A stretch of DNA of 64,000 nt from Planctomycetaceae bacterium. Its GTDB lineage: Bacteria; Planctomycetota; Planctomycetia; Pirellulales; Lacipirellulaceae. Location of the stretch: NCBI GenBank assembly GCA_003233055.1, contig QIKP01000017.1, positions 8,299 through 72,298 on the forward strand. Reading direction: 5' to 3'. A program made the translations under genes and the position numbers. The notes beneath the pieces are model-generated. The model worked only from the letters and a program-made list of their open reading frames with translations. It had not been told where the DNA came from and did no database searches. How positions within the stretch are numbered: position 1 is the first letter of the stretch; each line of letters starts with the position of its first letter. Shown here one piece after another: positions 9,250 through 19,970 of the stretch.

Positions 9250-10710
9250 CTCCCAACTTTCATCTCCGGGCGACTCCACTACCTTCGGCTCGAACGAGCG
9301 AGCAACAATCGCACGCAACTCGGCAAGGTCGGCCAACTCTCCCATGCCCATCGCCTGCACGAGCAAGTTACCAATGGCGGTCGCCTCGATCGGGCCGGTA
9401 ACCACGGGCCTGCCGACCGCCGCAGCGGTCAACTCGCTGAGCAAGTGATTCTGCGTGCCGCCACCGACCACATGCAGCCGATCGATCGACCGGCCGAGTA
9501 GGCGTTCTAGTTCGCGGAGTGTTTCACCATAGCCAAGCGCTAAGCTCTCCAGGCAGCAGCGCACCAATTGGCCCACGCTCTCCGGTTCGGGTTGCCCCGA
9601 TTTTTGGGCAAATCTCCGGAGCTTGCCTGCCATGTCGCCCGGCATTCCAAACTCCGCGTCGTTGGGATCGACGAGCGTGCGAAACGGCTCCGAACGGCGA
9701 GCCTCTTCGACCAGCTCCGCGAAGCCGCAATCGTCCCCCGCAAGCTGCCACTCACGTTGCAACTCTTGCACGAGCCAGAGCCCGGCCAGGTTCTTGAGTA
9801 CCCGCACGGAACGATTCACCCCCCGTTCATTGGAAAAAGAGGCCTCGCGCGCCGCATCGGAGTAGAGCGGCTTCGGAAGCTCCGCCCCCAAGATCGACCA
9901 GGTCCCACTGGAGAGAAACGCCCAAGAATCCGTCCCTGTCGCCGGCACCGATGCGACTGCTGATGCCGTGTCGTGCGATCCCGGCATGATCACCTTCACC
10001 TCGGCGGAGACCTCGGCCTGCTGTGCAATTTCTTTTCGCAACGGCCCCAACAAGGTTCCTGGTTCGACGATTGTGCCGAGCAGGTTGGTCGGCAGGCCCA
10101 GCTCGCCAAGCAACTCCGTATCCCAATCGCCTGATGCCACGTTCAGCATGCTGCTCGTCGAGGCAATGGTCCGATCGGTTGCTCGGACTCCAGAAAGCCA
10201 GTAGTGGAACAGGTCGGGAAGAAACAGTAATTGGTCGGCGGCATCGAAAAGCCGTGGCTCCGCCTCCTGCCTGGCGGCGATCTGGAAAAGTGAATTGAAG
10301 GGCATGAACTGAATGCCAGTCCGCTGGTAAAGACGCTCAAATCCGCCGAGCTTTTCCAAAACTCGCTCGGCGGCTGGTCCGTTTTGCGGATCGCGATAGC
10401 AGTGGGGCAGGGCGAGTAGCTCGCCGCTTTTCCCCACCAGCGCCCAATCGACACCCCAGGTATCGACACCGACGCTCGCAAGGGGCACGTTGTTTTCGTC
10501 GCACCAATGACCGGCAGCCCGGAGTCCTTGGAGCAAGTTCAGCCAGATGCCGGTCAAATTCCAAACCGGGCCTGTCGGCGTCGAGCATGCCTCGTGTCCA
10601 AAGCGGTGGACCTCCTCAAGGCGCAGTCGGCAGGGATTCCCCTCCAAGACGCCAACGATGGCGCGACCGGAACTAGCGCCAAGGTCAAAAGCCAAGTGAG
10701 CAGTCGGCAT
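9214..10710 (-). CDS. rhaB: Rhamnulokinase/L-fuculokinase family FGGY sugar kinase
   Basis: AFDLGASSGRA, VDTWGVDW, HCYRD, SHDTASAV, SSGTWS, VGGGTQN, EATAIGN. Confidence 0.9.
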   Translation of the reverse strand: MPTAHLAFDLGASSGRAIVGVLEGNPCRLRLEEVHRFGHEACSTPTGPVWNLTGIWLNLLQGLRAAGHWCDENNVPLASVGVDTWGVDWALVGKSGELLALPHCYRDPQNGPAAERVLEKLGGFERLYQRTGIQFMPFNSLFQIAARQEAEPRLFDAADQLLFLPDLFHYWLSGVRATDRTIASTSSMLNVASGDWDTELLGELGLPTNLLGTIVEPGTLLGPLRKEIAQQAEVSAEVKVIMPGSHDTASAVASVPATGTDSWAFLSSGTWSILGAELPKPLYSDAAREASFSNERGVNRSVRVLKNLAGLWLVQELQREWQLAGDDCGFAELVEEARRSEPFRTLVDPNDAEFGMPGDMAGKLRRFAQKSGQPEPESVGQLVRCCLESLALGYGETLRELERLLGRSIDRLHVVGGGTQNHLLSELTAAAVGRPVVTGPIEATAIGNLLVQAMGMGELADLAELRAIVARSFEPKVVESPGDESWELAQRRFRDLLN

Positions 10711-10876
10711 GGCGTACGAGACTCCCAGCTAACAAGAAAAGTAGAAAAAGGGTTCCCCCCATGATCCCGCAATCCAACTAGAGGCGTCAAGATGGCTTGT
10801 GTTTAAGGGAGTCCCTTGAAAGCCCCCCCCAACGCATCCCCCGAAGCGAACCAAGGCGGGCGGCCAGCCACTCCCA

Positions 10877-11246
10877 CAGGACGATTGCAAAGTGGCTTTT
10901 TTGAACCGCCAAGAACGCCAAGCAAGAAAGTAACCGTTCACGGTGGGCAGAAGGAACCACGAATCGAACGAATCCGACGAATAACGAGCCGAGGAGGCCC
11001 CTAGCTCCGACCCAGTATCCCCGATCAAGCTTGGTCGGGGATACTGCGGGGCGATTTCTTTCTACCTCCTCCAGTCGGCCCATCGCTTGCGTCGCATTCG
11101 TCGAATTCGTTAGATTCGTGGTTTCCCCTGCCTTGGATTTTGTGAACGGTTACGAAAGAAAGAAGCCGAGTGGATAAACCACTTGTTTTGAATCTTTTTT
11201 CTCTGCTTGGCGTCCTTGGCGGTTTTTTGACTTTGCAATCGTCCTG
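10877..11246. mobile_element. Nested multi-layer palindromic repeat (MITE/REP composite)
   Basis: Five concentric inverted-repeat pairs: 10877-10893/11230-11246, 10904-10924/11204-11224, 10930-10941/11142-11153, 10955-10982/11096-11123, central hairpin 11013-11046. Confidence 0.85.
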
Positions 11247-11264
11247 ACCGCTCCCACGTGGGCG

Positions 11265-11293
11265 TTGATTTTCTGCGCAATGAAAACGACAAT
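11265..11293 (+). promoter_or_regulatory. Putative sigma70 promoter for fucI
   Basis: TTGATT-N17-GACAAT, 85 nt upstream of the start. Confidence 0.45.
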
Positions 11294-11377
11294 GGGGCGA
11301 TCCCGTTCGATTCGCTGGCCGTCTCGAATCCAAGCTCCGGCACTTATGGTACTGAAACCCCAAGGAGAGTTTTTCCC

Positions 11378-13150
11378 ATGTCCGTTACCTCTTCACCGAA
11401 AATTGGAATTCGTCCTACCATTGATGGCCGGCTGGGAGGCGTTCGCGAGTCGCTAGAAGACCAGACAATGGGGCTCGCCCAATCGGTCGCGAAATTTCTC
11501 TCCGAGAATGTCTTCCTCCCCGATGGCTCGCCAGTCGAGTGCGTGATCCACGATACTTGCATCGGCGGCGTGGCAGAAGCAGCGGCAGCGGAAGAGAAGT
11601 TTGCTCGTGAAGGGGTCGAGGTTTCCCTCACCGTCACACCTTGCTGGTGCTATGGGTCCGAGACGATGGACATGCACCCGCATCGCCCCAAGGCGGTTTG
11701 GGGGTTCAATGGCACCGAGCGCCCCGGCGCCGTTTACTTAGCGGCAGTGCTCGCCGGGCACACACAAAAGGGCCTGCCGGCATTTGGTATCTACGGGCGC
11801 GACGTCCAGGATGGCGGCGACAGCACGATCCCTGACGACGTTGCCGACAAGTTGCTCGCCTTCGCCCGCGCGGGGCTGAGCGTCGCACAGCTACGGGGGA
11901 AGTCGTACTTGTCGATCGGCGGCACGTCGATGGGCATTGCCGGGTCGGTGGTCGATTCCTCGTTCTTTGAAAAATATCTCGGAATGCGGGTCGAGGCAAT
12001 CGACATGACCGAGGTGGCCCGACGCATGACGCGAGGGATTTACGATCCGGACGAGTACGCCCTCGCCATGAATTGGGTCAAGGAAAAATGCCCCGAAGGC
12101 TTCGATGCCAACGCCAAGGAGAGCCAGCGAAGCCGCGAACAGCTCGACAGCGAATGGGAAAACAGCATCCGCATGGCGCTGATCACCCGCGACTTAATGG
12201 AAGGCAATCCGCGACTCACGGAAATGGGGCATGGCGAGGAGGGCCTCGGCCACAACGCAATCGCCGCCGGATTCCAAGGGCAGCGGCAATGGACCGACAC
12301 CTACCCGAATGGCGACTTCATGGAGGCCATCCTCAACACGTCATTCGACTGGAATGGCCGCCGCGCCCCTTACATCGTGGCGACCGAGAACGACGCGCTC
12401 AACGCGGTCACCATGCTGTTTGGCCACCTGCTGACCAACACGGCGCAGATCTTCGCCGACCTACGAACCTACTGGAGCCCCGATGCCGTGAAACGAGTCA
12501 CCGGGCACTCCTTGTCGGGCGATGCGGCGGGGGGCTTATTGCATCTGATCAACTCCGGACCGGCGACACTGGATGGCACGGGCCAACAAACCGTCGATGG
12601 TAAGCCCGCAATGAAACCTTGGTGGCAAGTCACCGACGAAGAACAGCAGGCCTGCCTCCAAGCGACGACTTGGCATCCGTCGATCACCGAATATTTCCCT
12701 GGAGGCGGATGGTCAACCCGCTACAAAACACGTGGTGGAATGCCGGCGACCATCGCAAGAATCAATCTGATCGATGGCCTTGGCCCCGCACTGCAACTTG
12801 CCGAAGGCGTGACGGTCGAGCTCCCCGACGACGCCCACGAGAAGCTCGACCAGCGAACCAACCCGACCTGGCCGACAACCTGGTTCGCAGCACGCGAGAC
12901 AGGCGAAGGGGCGTTCCGCGACACCTATACCGTGATGAACAACTGGGGCGCCAACCATTGCGTGATGAGTTGCGGCCACATCGGTGCGGACCTCATCACA
13001 CTCGCCTCGATGCTCCGCATCCCGGTCTACATGCACAACGTGCCCGACGAGCAGATTTTCCGCCCTAGTAGTTGGTCCGCCTTCGGCATGGCCGACCGCG
13101 AGGGGGGGGATTTCCGTGCGTGCAAAACGTACGGCCCGCTTTATTCGTAG
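11378..13150 (+). CDS. fucI: L-fucose isomerase
   Basis: [54 protein letters not shown]; SD AAGGAG before ATG 11378. Confidence 0.96.
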   Translation: MSVTSSPKIGIRPTIDGRLGGVRESLEDQTMGLAQSVAKFLSENVFLPDGSPVECVIHDTCIGGVAEAAAAEEKFAREGVEVSLTVTPCWCYGSETMDMHPHRPKAVWGFNGTERPGAVYLAAVLAGHTQKGLPAFGIYGRDVQDGGDSTIPDDVADKLLAFARAGLSVAQLRGKSYLSIGGTSMGIAGSVVDSSFFEKYLGMRVEAIDMTEVARRMTRGIYDPDEYALAMNWVKEKCPEGFDANAKESQRSREQLDSEWENSIRMALITRDLMEGNPRLTEMGHGEEGLGHNAIAAGFQGQRQWTDTYPNGDFMEAILNTSFDWNGRRAPYIVATENDALNAVTMLFGHLLTNTAQIFADLRTYWSPDAVKRVTGHSLSGDAAGGLLHLINSGPATLDGTGQQTVDGKPAMKPWWQVTDEEQQACLQATTWHPSITEYFPGGGWSTRYKTRGGMPATIARINLIDGLGPALQLAEGVTVELPDDAHEKLDQRTNPTWPTTWFAARETGEGAFRDTYTVMNNWGANHCVMSCGHIGADLITLASMLRIPVYMHNVPDEQIFRPSSWSAFGMADREGGDFRACKTYGPLYS

Positions 13151-13477
13151 AAGAGGCGTCCAGTCCTTCCCCGGCCATCGATTCATCTCGTTTGGGGGAA
13201 ACCGACGGCAACGAGCTCTGCAGACGATGCGTGGCAACCACGAATCCGCGTGGTGCGTTGAGCTATTCGGAAGGCTCTCTTCTCCGGGAAGGTAAGCGTC
13301 TGCGCCGGGCCAATGAGGAGGGAGGGCACCGAAAACCGGCTGTCGCCCGCTTCCAAGAAGCTCTTTATCGAAGCCGCAAGATACTTCTGTAACACGAGTT
13401 ACGTTGTTTTTGGGCAATCTGAACAGGTCAACCAGTTCGTTTCCTGGCGTCTGCATGGAATAAAATGACAGTTTTCT

Positions 13478-13519
13478 TTCATTATATTGATTGCAAATGA
13501 ATGAATAGATGCTTACAAT
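13478..13519 (+). promoter_or_regulatory. Putative sigma70 promoter with overlapping inverted repeat for the BMC operon
   Basis: TTGCAA(13491)-N17-TACAAT(13514); TTCAT-N14-ATGAA (13478-13501) straddles the -35; AT-rich island. Confidence 0.55.
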
Positions 13520-13560
13520 GGCATCTGTACATCCATGATTCTTACCTGGAGGTGGCAAGA

Positions 13561-14352
13561 TTGGCCGCGGATCGCCGAACTCGCCTGCTAGAGATCGTTC
13601 GTCGGCAAGGATTTGCCTCCCTTCCTGACTTGGCGGGGGCGCTTGAAGTGTCGGAGTCGACGATTCGCCGCGACCTGGCCCACCTCGAACAACAAGGCTC
13701 GACCAAGCGGACCCATGGCGGCGCCTTTTATACCGGCCCGTCGCCGCAGATGCCTCACTTTCGGCATCGCCAGGAATCGAATTGGAGCAAGAAAAAGGCG
13801 ATTGCGGCGATGGCCGCTCGCATGATTGACGATGCCGATACCGTGCTACTCGACGGTGGAAGCACCACTTACGAGTTGGCTCGACTCCTATCAGGGCGGC
13901 CACTGCAAGTCGTTACCAATTCGCTGCCTGTGGCAAACCTGTTTAGCTCGGCACCCCATGTCGACTTGATACTCATTGGCGGATACGTCCATACGCAGTC
14001 AGGAGTGATTTACGGCGACTACGCCAACCAGATGCTCGAGTCGCTGCGAGTCCGAAAGGCAGTGATTAGTGCGGCGGGCGTTAATGACACCGGCCTCTAC
14101 AACAGCAACCACATGGTTGCCACCACGCAACGGGCGATGGTCGCCGCCGCCGAGGAGCTGATAGTCGTTGCTGACAGTACGAAGTTTGGTCACCAAAGTT
14201 TGGCCCACATTTGCAACCTGAGCGAAGTCAATCGCATGGTGGTCGATCATGACCTCGATACGACTTGGCAAAAAAACATCGAAGAAGCTGGTGTTCAGCT
14301 CACCCTTGCCGACGATCTGTCCACCGAATCCAAAACTTCCGATACCCAATAA
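13561..14352 (+). CDS. DeoR/GlpR family transcriptional regulator
   Basis: RRTRLLEIV...[14 protein letters not shown]...RTHGGA HTH; [19 protein letters not shown]; GGAGG 8 nt before TTG 13561. Confidence 0.93.
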   Translation: MAADRRTRLLEIVRRQGFASLPDLAGALEVSESTIRRDLAHLEQQGSTKRTHGGAFYTGPSPQMPHFRHRQESNWSKKKAIAAMAARMIDDADTVLLDGGSTTYELARLLSGRPLQVVTNSLPVANLFSSAPHVDLILIGGYVHTQSGVIYGDYANQMLESLRVRKAVISAAGVNDTGLYNSNHMVATTQRAMVAAAEELIVVADSTKFGHQSLAHICNLSEVNRMVVDHDLDTTWQKNIEEAGVQLTLADDLSTESKTSDTQ

Positions 14353-14384
14353 CCCTAGCTCGATACTCGGATAGAATTCACCCC

Positions 14385-15101
14385 ATGAATGCCACCGCAA
14401 CTCTCCATCGCGAAGAGATCGAACGAATCGTCCGGCAGGTCGTGCGTCAGCAGTTTTCTTTTGGCGATGACGCAGCCGTAAGCCGTGACGCTACCGCAGC
14501 ATCCAAGCTCGTTGTTAGCGTTTCGGCTCGGCACGTCCATCTCTCGGACCAGCATGTCGAAGCACTTTTTGGTCCTGGTCACACGCTCACTCCGGCAAAA
14601 GACCTTTACCAAGAGGGTTTTTATGCAGCCGAGGAAACCGTGATGGTTGTCGGCCCGCGCCGGCGAATGCTGCCCAATGTAAGAATTCTTGGCCCGACGC
14701 GATCCTACAGTCAAGTCGAGTTGGCATTTACCGATGGCATCTCGCTCGGCATCGACCTTCCGGTAAGAGCGAGCGGCAACATCGCGGGCACTCCTGGATG
14801 CGTGCTCGTGGGGCCGGCCGGTGTGGTGGAACTTGCCGAGGGAGTGATTCGCGCCGAAAGGCATGTCCACATGAATCAGCAAAATGCCGCGAGTTACGGC
14901 GTGAAGAATGGCGACCGGATGAATCTGCGGATCGAGTCTTCTTGCAGTTTGCTTATGGAAGACCTCCTCGTGCGAGCAGACGAGACGAGCAAGCTAGAGG
15001 TTCACATCGACACCGACGAAGGCAACGCCGCCAACCTTGACCATGCCACAAGCGTGGTCCTCGAAAAACAGGAAGCTTGTGCGTGTCACTCACACGCCTA
15101 G
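14385..15101 (+). CDS. pduL: PduL-type phosphotransacylase with N-terminal encapsulation peptide
   Basis: [39 protein letters not shown]. Confidence 0.93.
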   Translation: MNATATLHREEIERIVRQVVRQQFSFGDDAAVSRDATAASKLVVSVSARHVHLSDQHVEALFGPGHTLTPAKDLYQEGFYAAEETVMVVGPRRRMLPNVRILGPTRSYSQVELAFTDGISLGIDLPVRASGNIAGTPGCVLVGPAGVVELAEGVIRAERHVHMNQQNAASYGVKNGDRMNLRIESSCSLLMEDLLVRADETSKLEVHIDTDEGNAANLDHATSVVLEKQEACACHSHA

Positions 15102-15210
15102 GCGTCTTTCACTCGACGAAAGAAAACATGGCTTTCGCGGAGTGAAAGACGACGTTGAGAAGATGGATACCAGGTACCCTTTTTTAGCACTTAACAGCGA
15201 GGCGATAACG

Positions 15211-15507
15211 ATGGCGAAGAAGATCGAAGCGCTCGGCATGATCGAGACCAAGGGGTTCACGACCTTGGTCGAGGCGACCGACGCGATGCTTAAAGCGGCC
15301 AACGTGGAATTTCTTTCTTGGGACAAAGTCGGTGCCGGCCTGGCAGCCGTGTTTGTTACCGGCGACGTGGCGGCTGTCAAAGCGGCCACCGACGCAGGGG
15401 CTACCGCAGCCGGACGGATCGGCGAAGTCACTAGCGTCCAGGTCATTCCCCGACCCCACGAAGATGTCGAAACCATTGTCGGTCTCGTCAAGAAAACCGC
15501 CAAGTAA
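15211..15507 (+). CDS. BMC-H hexamer shell protein
   Basis: ALGMIETKG...[11 protein letters not shown]...GDVAAVKAA...VIPRPH. Confidence 0.95.
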   Translation: MAKKIEALGMIETKGFTTLVEATDAMLKAANVEFLSWDKVGAGLAAVFVTGDVAAVKAATDAGATAAGRIGEVTSVQVIPRPHEDVETIVGLVKKTAK

Positions 15508-15604
15508 GGCAACTGAGTAAGGCAGCCAAGGGACAGCTCCAAAAGCTGCCAACTTCCTCCATCCCCCTGAAGCATCTAGCGAATTTCGCGAAAGGCAAAA
15601 CATC

Positions 15605-15874
15605 ATGCAACAAGCAATTGGACTCATCGAAACAAAAGGTTTGGTGCCGCTCGTCGAGGCGACCGACGCCATGGCCAAGGCTGCCAACGTTACGATTGAA
15701 AAACGAGTCGCCATCGGCGGCGGACTGGTCGCGACCGTGGTTAGCGGCGATGTCGGCAGCGTTCGCGCAGCTGTCGAAGCAGGCTCTGCGGCAGCAAGCC
15801 AAGTGGGCGAGCTGGTCTCCAGCCACATCATCGCCCGTCCTTCCGATGGCGTCGTCGATGCCTACTTCAAGTGA
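15605..15874 (+). CDS. BMC-H hexamer shell protein
   Basis: AIGLIETKG...ATDAMAKAANV...GDVGSVRAA...IIARP. Confidence 0.95.
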   Translation: MQQAIGLIETKGLVPLVEATDAMAKAANVTIEKRVAIGGGLVATVVSGDVGSVRAAVEAGSAAASQVGELVSSHIIARPSDGVVDAYFK

Positions 15875-15928
15875 AGCAATGACCGCTCCGCTAAAATCGA
15901 AAACGCCTACCGCCATGAAGGAATTGGT

Positions 15929-17116
15929 ATGAAGGTGCTGGTCGCCAATTTGGGCTCCACGAGTTTCAAGTACCGCCTGTTCGACATGAACAGCGGCGAC
16001 CAACTCGCGCGCGGCGGCGTAGAACGAATTGGCGACGACCTCAGCCCGGCGTTTGTCGAGATGGGGAATAGGCGTCACGAGCTGACCGTGAAGGCTCCTG
16101 ATCATGCGGCGGCCGTCGAACAATGCTTGATGCAGCTCACCGATCCGGAGTCGGGGTGCCTCAAGTCGGCAGACGAAGTCGCGGCGATTGGCTTCAAGGC
16201 GGTGCATGGCGGCAGGGCAGGAGGGGTCGTTCGCGTCGACCACGAGGTGCTCGAGGCGATGGACGAGATGGGACGTGTCGCCCCGGCACACAACCCGCCC
16301 TACATCCGTGCGATGCGGCAACTGAGGGAAAAGCTGCCGCAGATTCCACTGATTGCGGCGTTCGAGACCGGTTTTCACGAATCGATTCCCGATCGTCTCA
16401 AGCACTATGCGGTACCGACGGAATGGGCGGAGGAATTCGGCGTCCGGCGCTGGGGTTTTCACGGAGCGAGCCATCGCTACGTCGCAGAGCGAACGGCTGA
16501 GCTTCTCGGTCGGGAAGATTTGCGGGTGATCTCCTGCCACCTGGGAGGATCGAGCAGCGTTTGCGCGATTCGTCATGGACAAAGCGTTGCCACCTCCATG
16601 GGCATGAGTCCGCAATCAGGATTACCACAAAACAACCGCGTCGGCGATTTCGATCCGTTCGCCCTGCCGGTTGTGATGGAACGAACTGGCAAGACGCTGG
16701 ACCAAGTATTGGAAATACTGGCTAACCAATGCGGGCTCGAAGGCCTGTCGGGATCGAGCGGTGATTTTCGCGACTTGGCAGCTTCGGCAGACGGAGGAGA
16801 TTCGCGAGCGAAACTCGCACTCGATGTCTACACAAGCAGCGTTCGGCACTACTTGGGTGCCTACTTGGTCGAACTGGGTGGCGCGGATGTGATCGCGTTT
16901 GCGGGTGGTATCGGAGAGAATCGCGGTGCCATGCGACGAGATATTTGCGCCGGACTCAACGAGCTGGGTATCGAGTTGGATGAGGAGAAGAACGCCGGTG
17001 CCAACGGCGAAACGGCGATTCATACAAAGAGTAGCCGAACGCAAATTTGGATTATCCCAACCAACGAAGAATTGATCGTCGCCCGACAAACAATGCAATT
17101 ATTGGAACAACGGTAA
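15929..17116 (+). CDS. ackA: Acetate/short-chain carboxylate kinase
   Basis: VLVANLGSTSFKY, VHGG, APAHNP, RWGFHGASH, CHLGGSSS, GGIGEN, PTNEEL. Confidence 0.94.
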   Translation: MKVLVANLGSTSFKYRLFDMNSGDQLARGGVERIGDDLSPAFVEMGNRRHELTVKAPDHAAAVEQCLMQLTDPESGCLKSADEVAAIGFKAVHGGRAGGVVRVDHEVLEAMDEMGRVAPAHNPPYIRAMRQLREKLPQIPLIAAFETGFHESIPDRLKHYAVPTEWAEEFGVRRWGFHGASHRYVAERTAELLGREDLRVISCHLGGSSSVCAIRHGQSVATSMGMSPQSGLPQNNRVGDFDPFALPVVMERTGKTLDQVLEILANQCGLEGLSGSSGDFRDLAASADGGDSRAKLALDVYTSSVRHYLGAYLVELGGADVIAFAGGIGENRGAMRRDICAGLNELGIELDEEKNAGANGETAIHTKSSRTQIWIIPTNEELIVARQTMQLLEQR

Positions 17117-17132
17117 GCGAAAGGGTTCGAAC

Positions 17133-17444
17133 ATGTTTCTCGCAAAAGTCACTGGATCGGTTGTGTCGACGCAAAAAGTCGAGACGATGCGAGGGCAGAA
17201 GTTACTGATCGTGGAGCCTTTTCGTCTGAATCCGAAGGGGGAGCGAGAACTTGTCAGTGCCGGCAGGACATTCGTCGCGGTCGACACGCTTGGAGCCGGT
17301 GAAGGGCAAATGGTACTCATCACCCAAGGCTCCAGCGCCCGACTCACGCCGGAAACCAAGCATCTGCCAATCGACACCGTCGTCATTGGCATCATTGACC
17401 GCGTTGACGTCGGAGAGACATGCGTCTTTGATCAAAGCCGTTAG
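17133..17444 (+). CDS. BMC-P pentamer (EutN/CcmL family)
   Basis: MFLAKVTGSVVSTQK...VAVDTLGAGEG...V.I.QGSSAR...ID.VVIGIID. Confidence 0.93.
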   Translation: MFLAKVTGSVVSTQKVETMRGQKLLIVEPFRLNPKGERELVSAGRTFVAVDTLGAGEGQMVLITQGSSARLTPETKHLPIDTVVIGIIDRVDVGETCVFDQSR

Positions 17445-17607
17445 CCAGACTAAGGGATAACGGAATCCCCTGAAGATGGGAACGCTCCTTTTCACGAGTC
17501 ACCACAAAAATACCGATCGAGTGAGGGTTGGCGTTCCAACAACCAACGACGCTATGCCACTAGAAGATATTTCCACTCATGCATCTTGTCACCTAGAGAC
17601 GCTTACC

Positions 17608-19047
17608 ATGCAGTTTAGTGAAACTACTATCCGAAACGTCGTCCAACAGGTCTTGGCCGAAGTCGGTAAAATCCCGGACAGCTCGAATCGCAGCAATTCG
17701 TTTGCGGGCCAACATGGCATTTTTACTTGCGTCGACGAAGCGGTCGCGGCAGCCAACGAGGCGTTTGATCAGCTTAGTCGAAGGCCGATCGAGGACCGGA
17801 AGAGGATCATCGATCACATCCGACGCATCTCGATCGACCAATCGGTCGAACTCGGCACCATGGAGATGAAAGAGACGCAGATTGGTCGGCTGGAGCATAA
17901 GATTGCCAAGCTTCGAACGCTTGGCGAAAAGACCCCTGGCGTGGAGTTCCTCAAGTCGGAGGTCTTTAGCGGCGACGATGGCCTCGCGGTAATTGAGCGT
18001 GCACCGTTCGGCGTGATTGGCGCGATTACGCCCGTCACGCACTCGCTGCCGACTATCACTGGCAACGCGGTCAGCATGATCGCGGGTGGCAATACGCTGG
18101 TCGTGAATCCTCATCCGAGCGGCAAACGGGTGGCGGTGGAGGGGGTCAGGCGATTCAACGAAGCGATTGCGGCGGATGTCGGCATCGACAATCTGATCTG
18201 CGTCATCGCCGAGCCAACGCTCGAGACGGCCAATGCGTTGTTCGCCCATCGTGATATCGCCTGCATTTGCGTCACGGGCGGCCCCGCGGTCGCGCGTGCG
18301 GCGCTCAACAGTGGCAAGCGAGCGGTCGTCGCCGGCCCTGGCAATCCTCCGGTGGTCGTCGACGAGACGGCTGACTTCGATCGGGCCGCTCGAGCGATCA
18401 TCCAAGGCGCGTCGTACGACAACAATTTGCTCTGCATCTCCGAAAAAGAAGTCTTTTGTACCGCTGCGGCGTTCGATCCTATGATGAACGCCATGGAAAA
18501 AAATGGGGCCGTACGGCTCTCTTCCATCGAGATCGAGCGCCTCACCGCCGTGGCGATTACTTCGGTGGGCGAAGGGGAACAGAAGCACGACGTCGCCGCC
18601 AAAGAGTTCATTGGCAAAGACGCGGCGGTGCTCGCGCGGGCGGCAGGTCGTGACGTGCCGGCGGATACCGAGTTGCTCTTTGGCGAGACCGCTGAGACCA
18701 ACCCATTCGTCCCGGTCGAACAGATGATGCCGTTCGTTCCGTTCATTCGTTGCAGTGACATCGACGAGGCGATTGCCAAAGCCAAATACTACGAGCATGG
18801 TTTCCGCCACACGGCGATCATCCACACCAACAATGTCCGAAACATGACCAAAATGGGTCGGGCACTCGACACCACGCTGTTCGTCAAGAATGGCCCTTGC
18901 ATGGCGGCGTTAGGCTTAGGAGGCGAAGGGTACCTTTCGTTTTCCATCGCCACGCCGACCGGTGAGGGTGTCACCACGCCGATGACGTTCACGCGCGAGC
19001 GACGATGCTCGCTGATTGACGACCTGCATATTTTGGGTCGGGACTAA
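17608..19047 (+). CDS. CoA-acylating aldehyde dehydrogenase (PduP/EutE-like) with N-terminal encapsulation peptide
   Basis: APFGVIGAITP, VTGGPAV, AGPGNPPVVVDETAD, DNNLLCISEK catalytic Cys, EQMMP, TFTRERRC. Confidence 0.94.
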   Translation: MQFSETTIRNVVQQVLAEVGKIPDSSNRSNSFAGQHGIFTCVDEAVAAANEAFDQLSRRPIEDRKRIIDHIRRISIDQSVELGTMEMKETQIGRLEHKIAKLRTLGEKTPGVEFLKSEVFSGDDGLAVIERAPFGVIGAITPVTHSLPTITGNAVSMIAGGNTLVVNPHPSGKRVAVEGVRRFNEAIAADVGIDNLICVIAEPTLETANALFAHRDIACICVTGGPAVARAALNSGKRAVVAGPGNPPVVVDETADFDRAARAIIQGASYDNNLLCISEKEVFCTAAAFDPMMNAMEKNGAVRLSSIEIERLTAVAITSVGEGEQKHDVAAKEFIGKDAAVLARAAGRDVPADTELLFGETAETNPFVPVEQMMPFVPFIRCSDIDEAIAKAKYYEHGFRHTAIIHTNNVRNMTKMGRALDTTLFVKNGPCMAALGLGGEGYLSFSIATPTGEGVTTPMTFTRERRCSLIDDLHILGRD

Positions 19048-19056
19048 AGTGCCATT

Positions 19057-19314
19057 ATGATCAACGCCAAAGTAGTCGGAATTGCCAACGCAACGCTCAA
19101 GCACTCTTCGCTGGAAGGGCGCAAAATGATCGTCGTGCAGCCGTACGGACTCGATGGCACCACCCCCGATGGCCACCCGCTGATCGCGGTCGATACTTGC
19201 GGCGTGGGGACGGGGGAGAGGGTCGTCCTGACGAGCGACGGTCGGACATCACGAGAACTACTCCAATCCGACACCACACCAGTTCGTTGGACCGTTTTAG
19301 GGATCATGGATTAA
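19057..19314 (+). CDS. BMC-P pentamer (EutN/CcmL family)
   Basis: AKVVG..NAT.KH..L.G, IAVDTCGVGTGERV, VLGIMD. Confidence 0.9.
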   Translation: MINAKVVGIANATLKHSSLEGRKMIVVQPYGLDGTTPDGHPLIAVDTCGVGTGERVVLTSDGRTSRELLQSDTTPVRWTVLGIMD

Positions 19315-19329
19315 AGGAAGCACCAGCGG

Positions 19330-19587
19330 ATGATATTGAGCCAAGAACAACTGGAATGGATCGTCCGAGAGGTCGTTCGGCGACTGCGCGAAACAACCGG
19401 CGAGGGAGACTCGACGGCAGACTCGGGCAACGGGCGGCTGACGATTGCTGAAAAACTAGTCACGATAGAAACCGTGCGAGACAAACTGGGCAGCGTGAAA
19501 TGTGTCGAAGTCCCTGGCCGAGCGATCGTGACCCCGGCCGTGGTCGATTGGCTCAAAGACAAACAAATCGAATTGGTACGCCTCTAG
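19330..19587 (+). CDS. Small BMC-associated hypothetical protein with encapsulation-peptide-like N-terminus
   Basis: SQEQLEWIVREVVRRL amphipathic helix; embedded in operon between BMC-P genes. Confidence 0.75.
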   Translation: MILSQEQLEWIVREVVRRLRETTGEGDSTADSGNGRLTIAEKLVTIETVRDKLGSVKCVEVPGRAIVTPAVVDWLKDKQIELVRL

Positions 19588-19669
19588 CCAGAGGAAGACC
19601 TGCCTCCGGGAATCGCGGACCGCGTGGCGGTCCGGCTCGGGACGACCCCCCCCTTGTAACGTGCCCCTT

Positions 19670-19951
19670 ATGCGAATTGCCAAAATTATCGGAAACGTCG
19701 TCTTGAGCCGTAGCCATCCGAGTTTGTCCGGCGCCTCGTTGCGGCTGGCGGTGCCGATGATGCTGGACGAATTGCAGAACGAAACAGAGCCTTCCGGGGA
19801 ATGCCTCGTCGTCTGGGACGACCATGGAGCGGGCAATGGTTCCATGATCGCCATCAGCGAAAGTGGCGAAGCGGCTCAGCCTTTCCGGCCTGAACTCAAG
19901 CCGGTCGATGCCTACAACTCAGCCATTTTAGATACCCTCCGATTGTCATAA
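19670..19951 (+). CDS. BMC-P pentamer (EutN/CcmL family)
   Basis: MRIAKIIGNVVLSR, VVWDDHGAGNG, SESGEAA, DAYNSAILD. Confidence 0.88.
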   Translation: MRIAKIIGNVVLSRSHPSLSGASLRLAVPMMLDELQNETEPSGECLVVWDDHGAGNGSMIAISESGEAAQPFRPELKPVDAYNSAILDTLRLS

Positions 19952-19970
19952 ATCCTTAAGGAGTCCAGCC

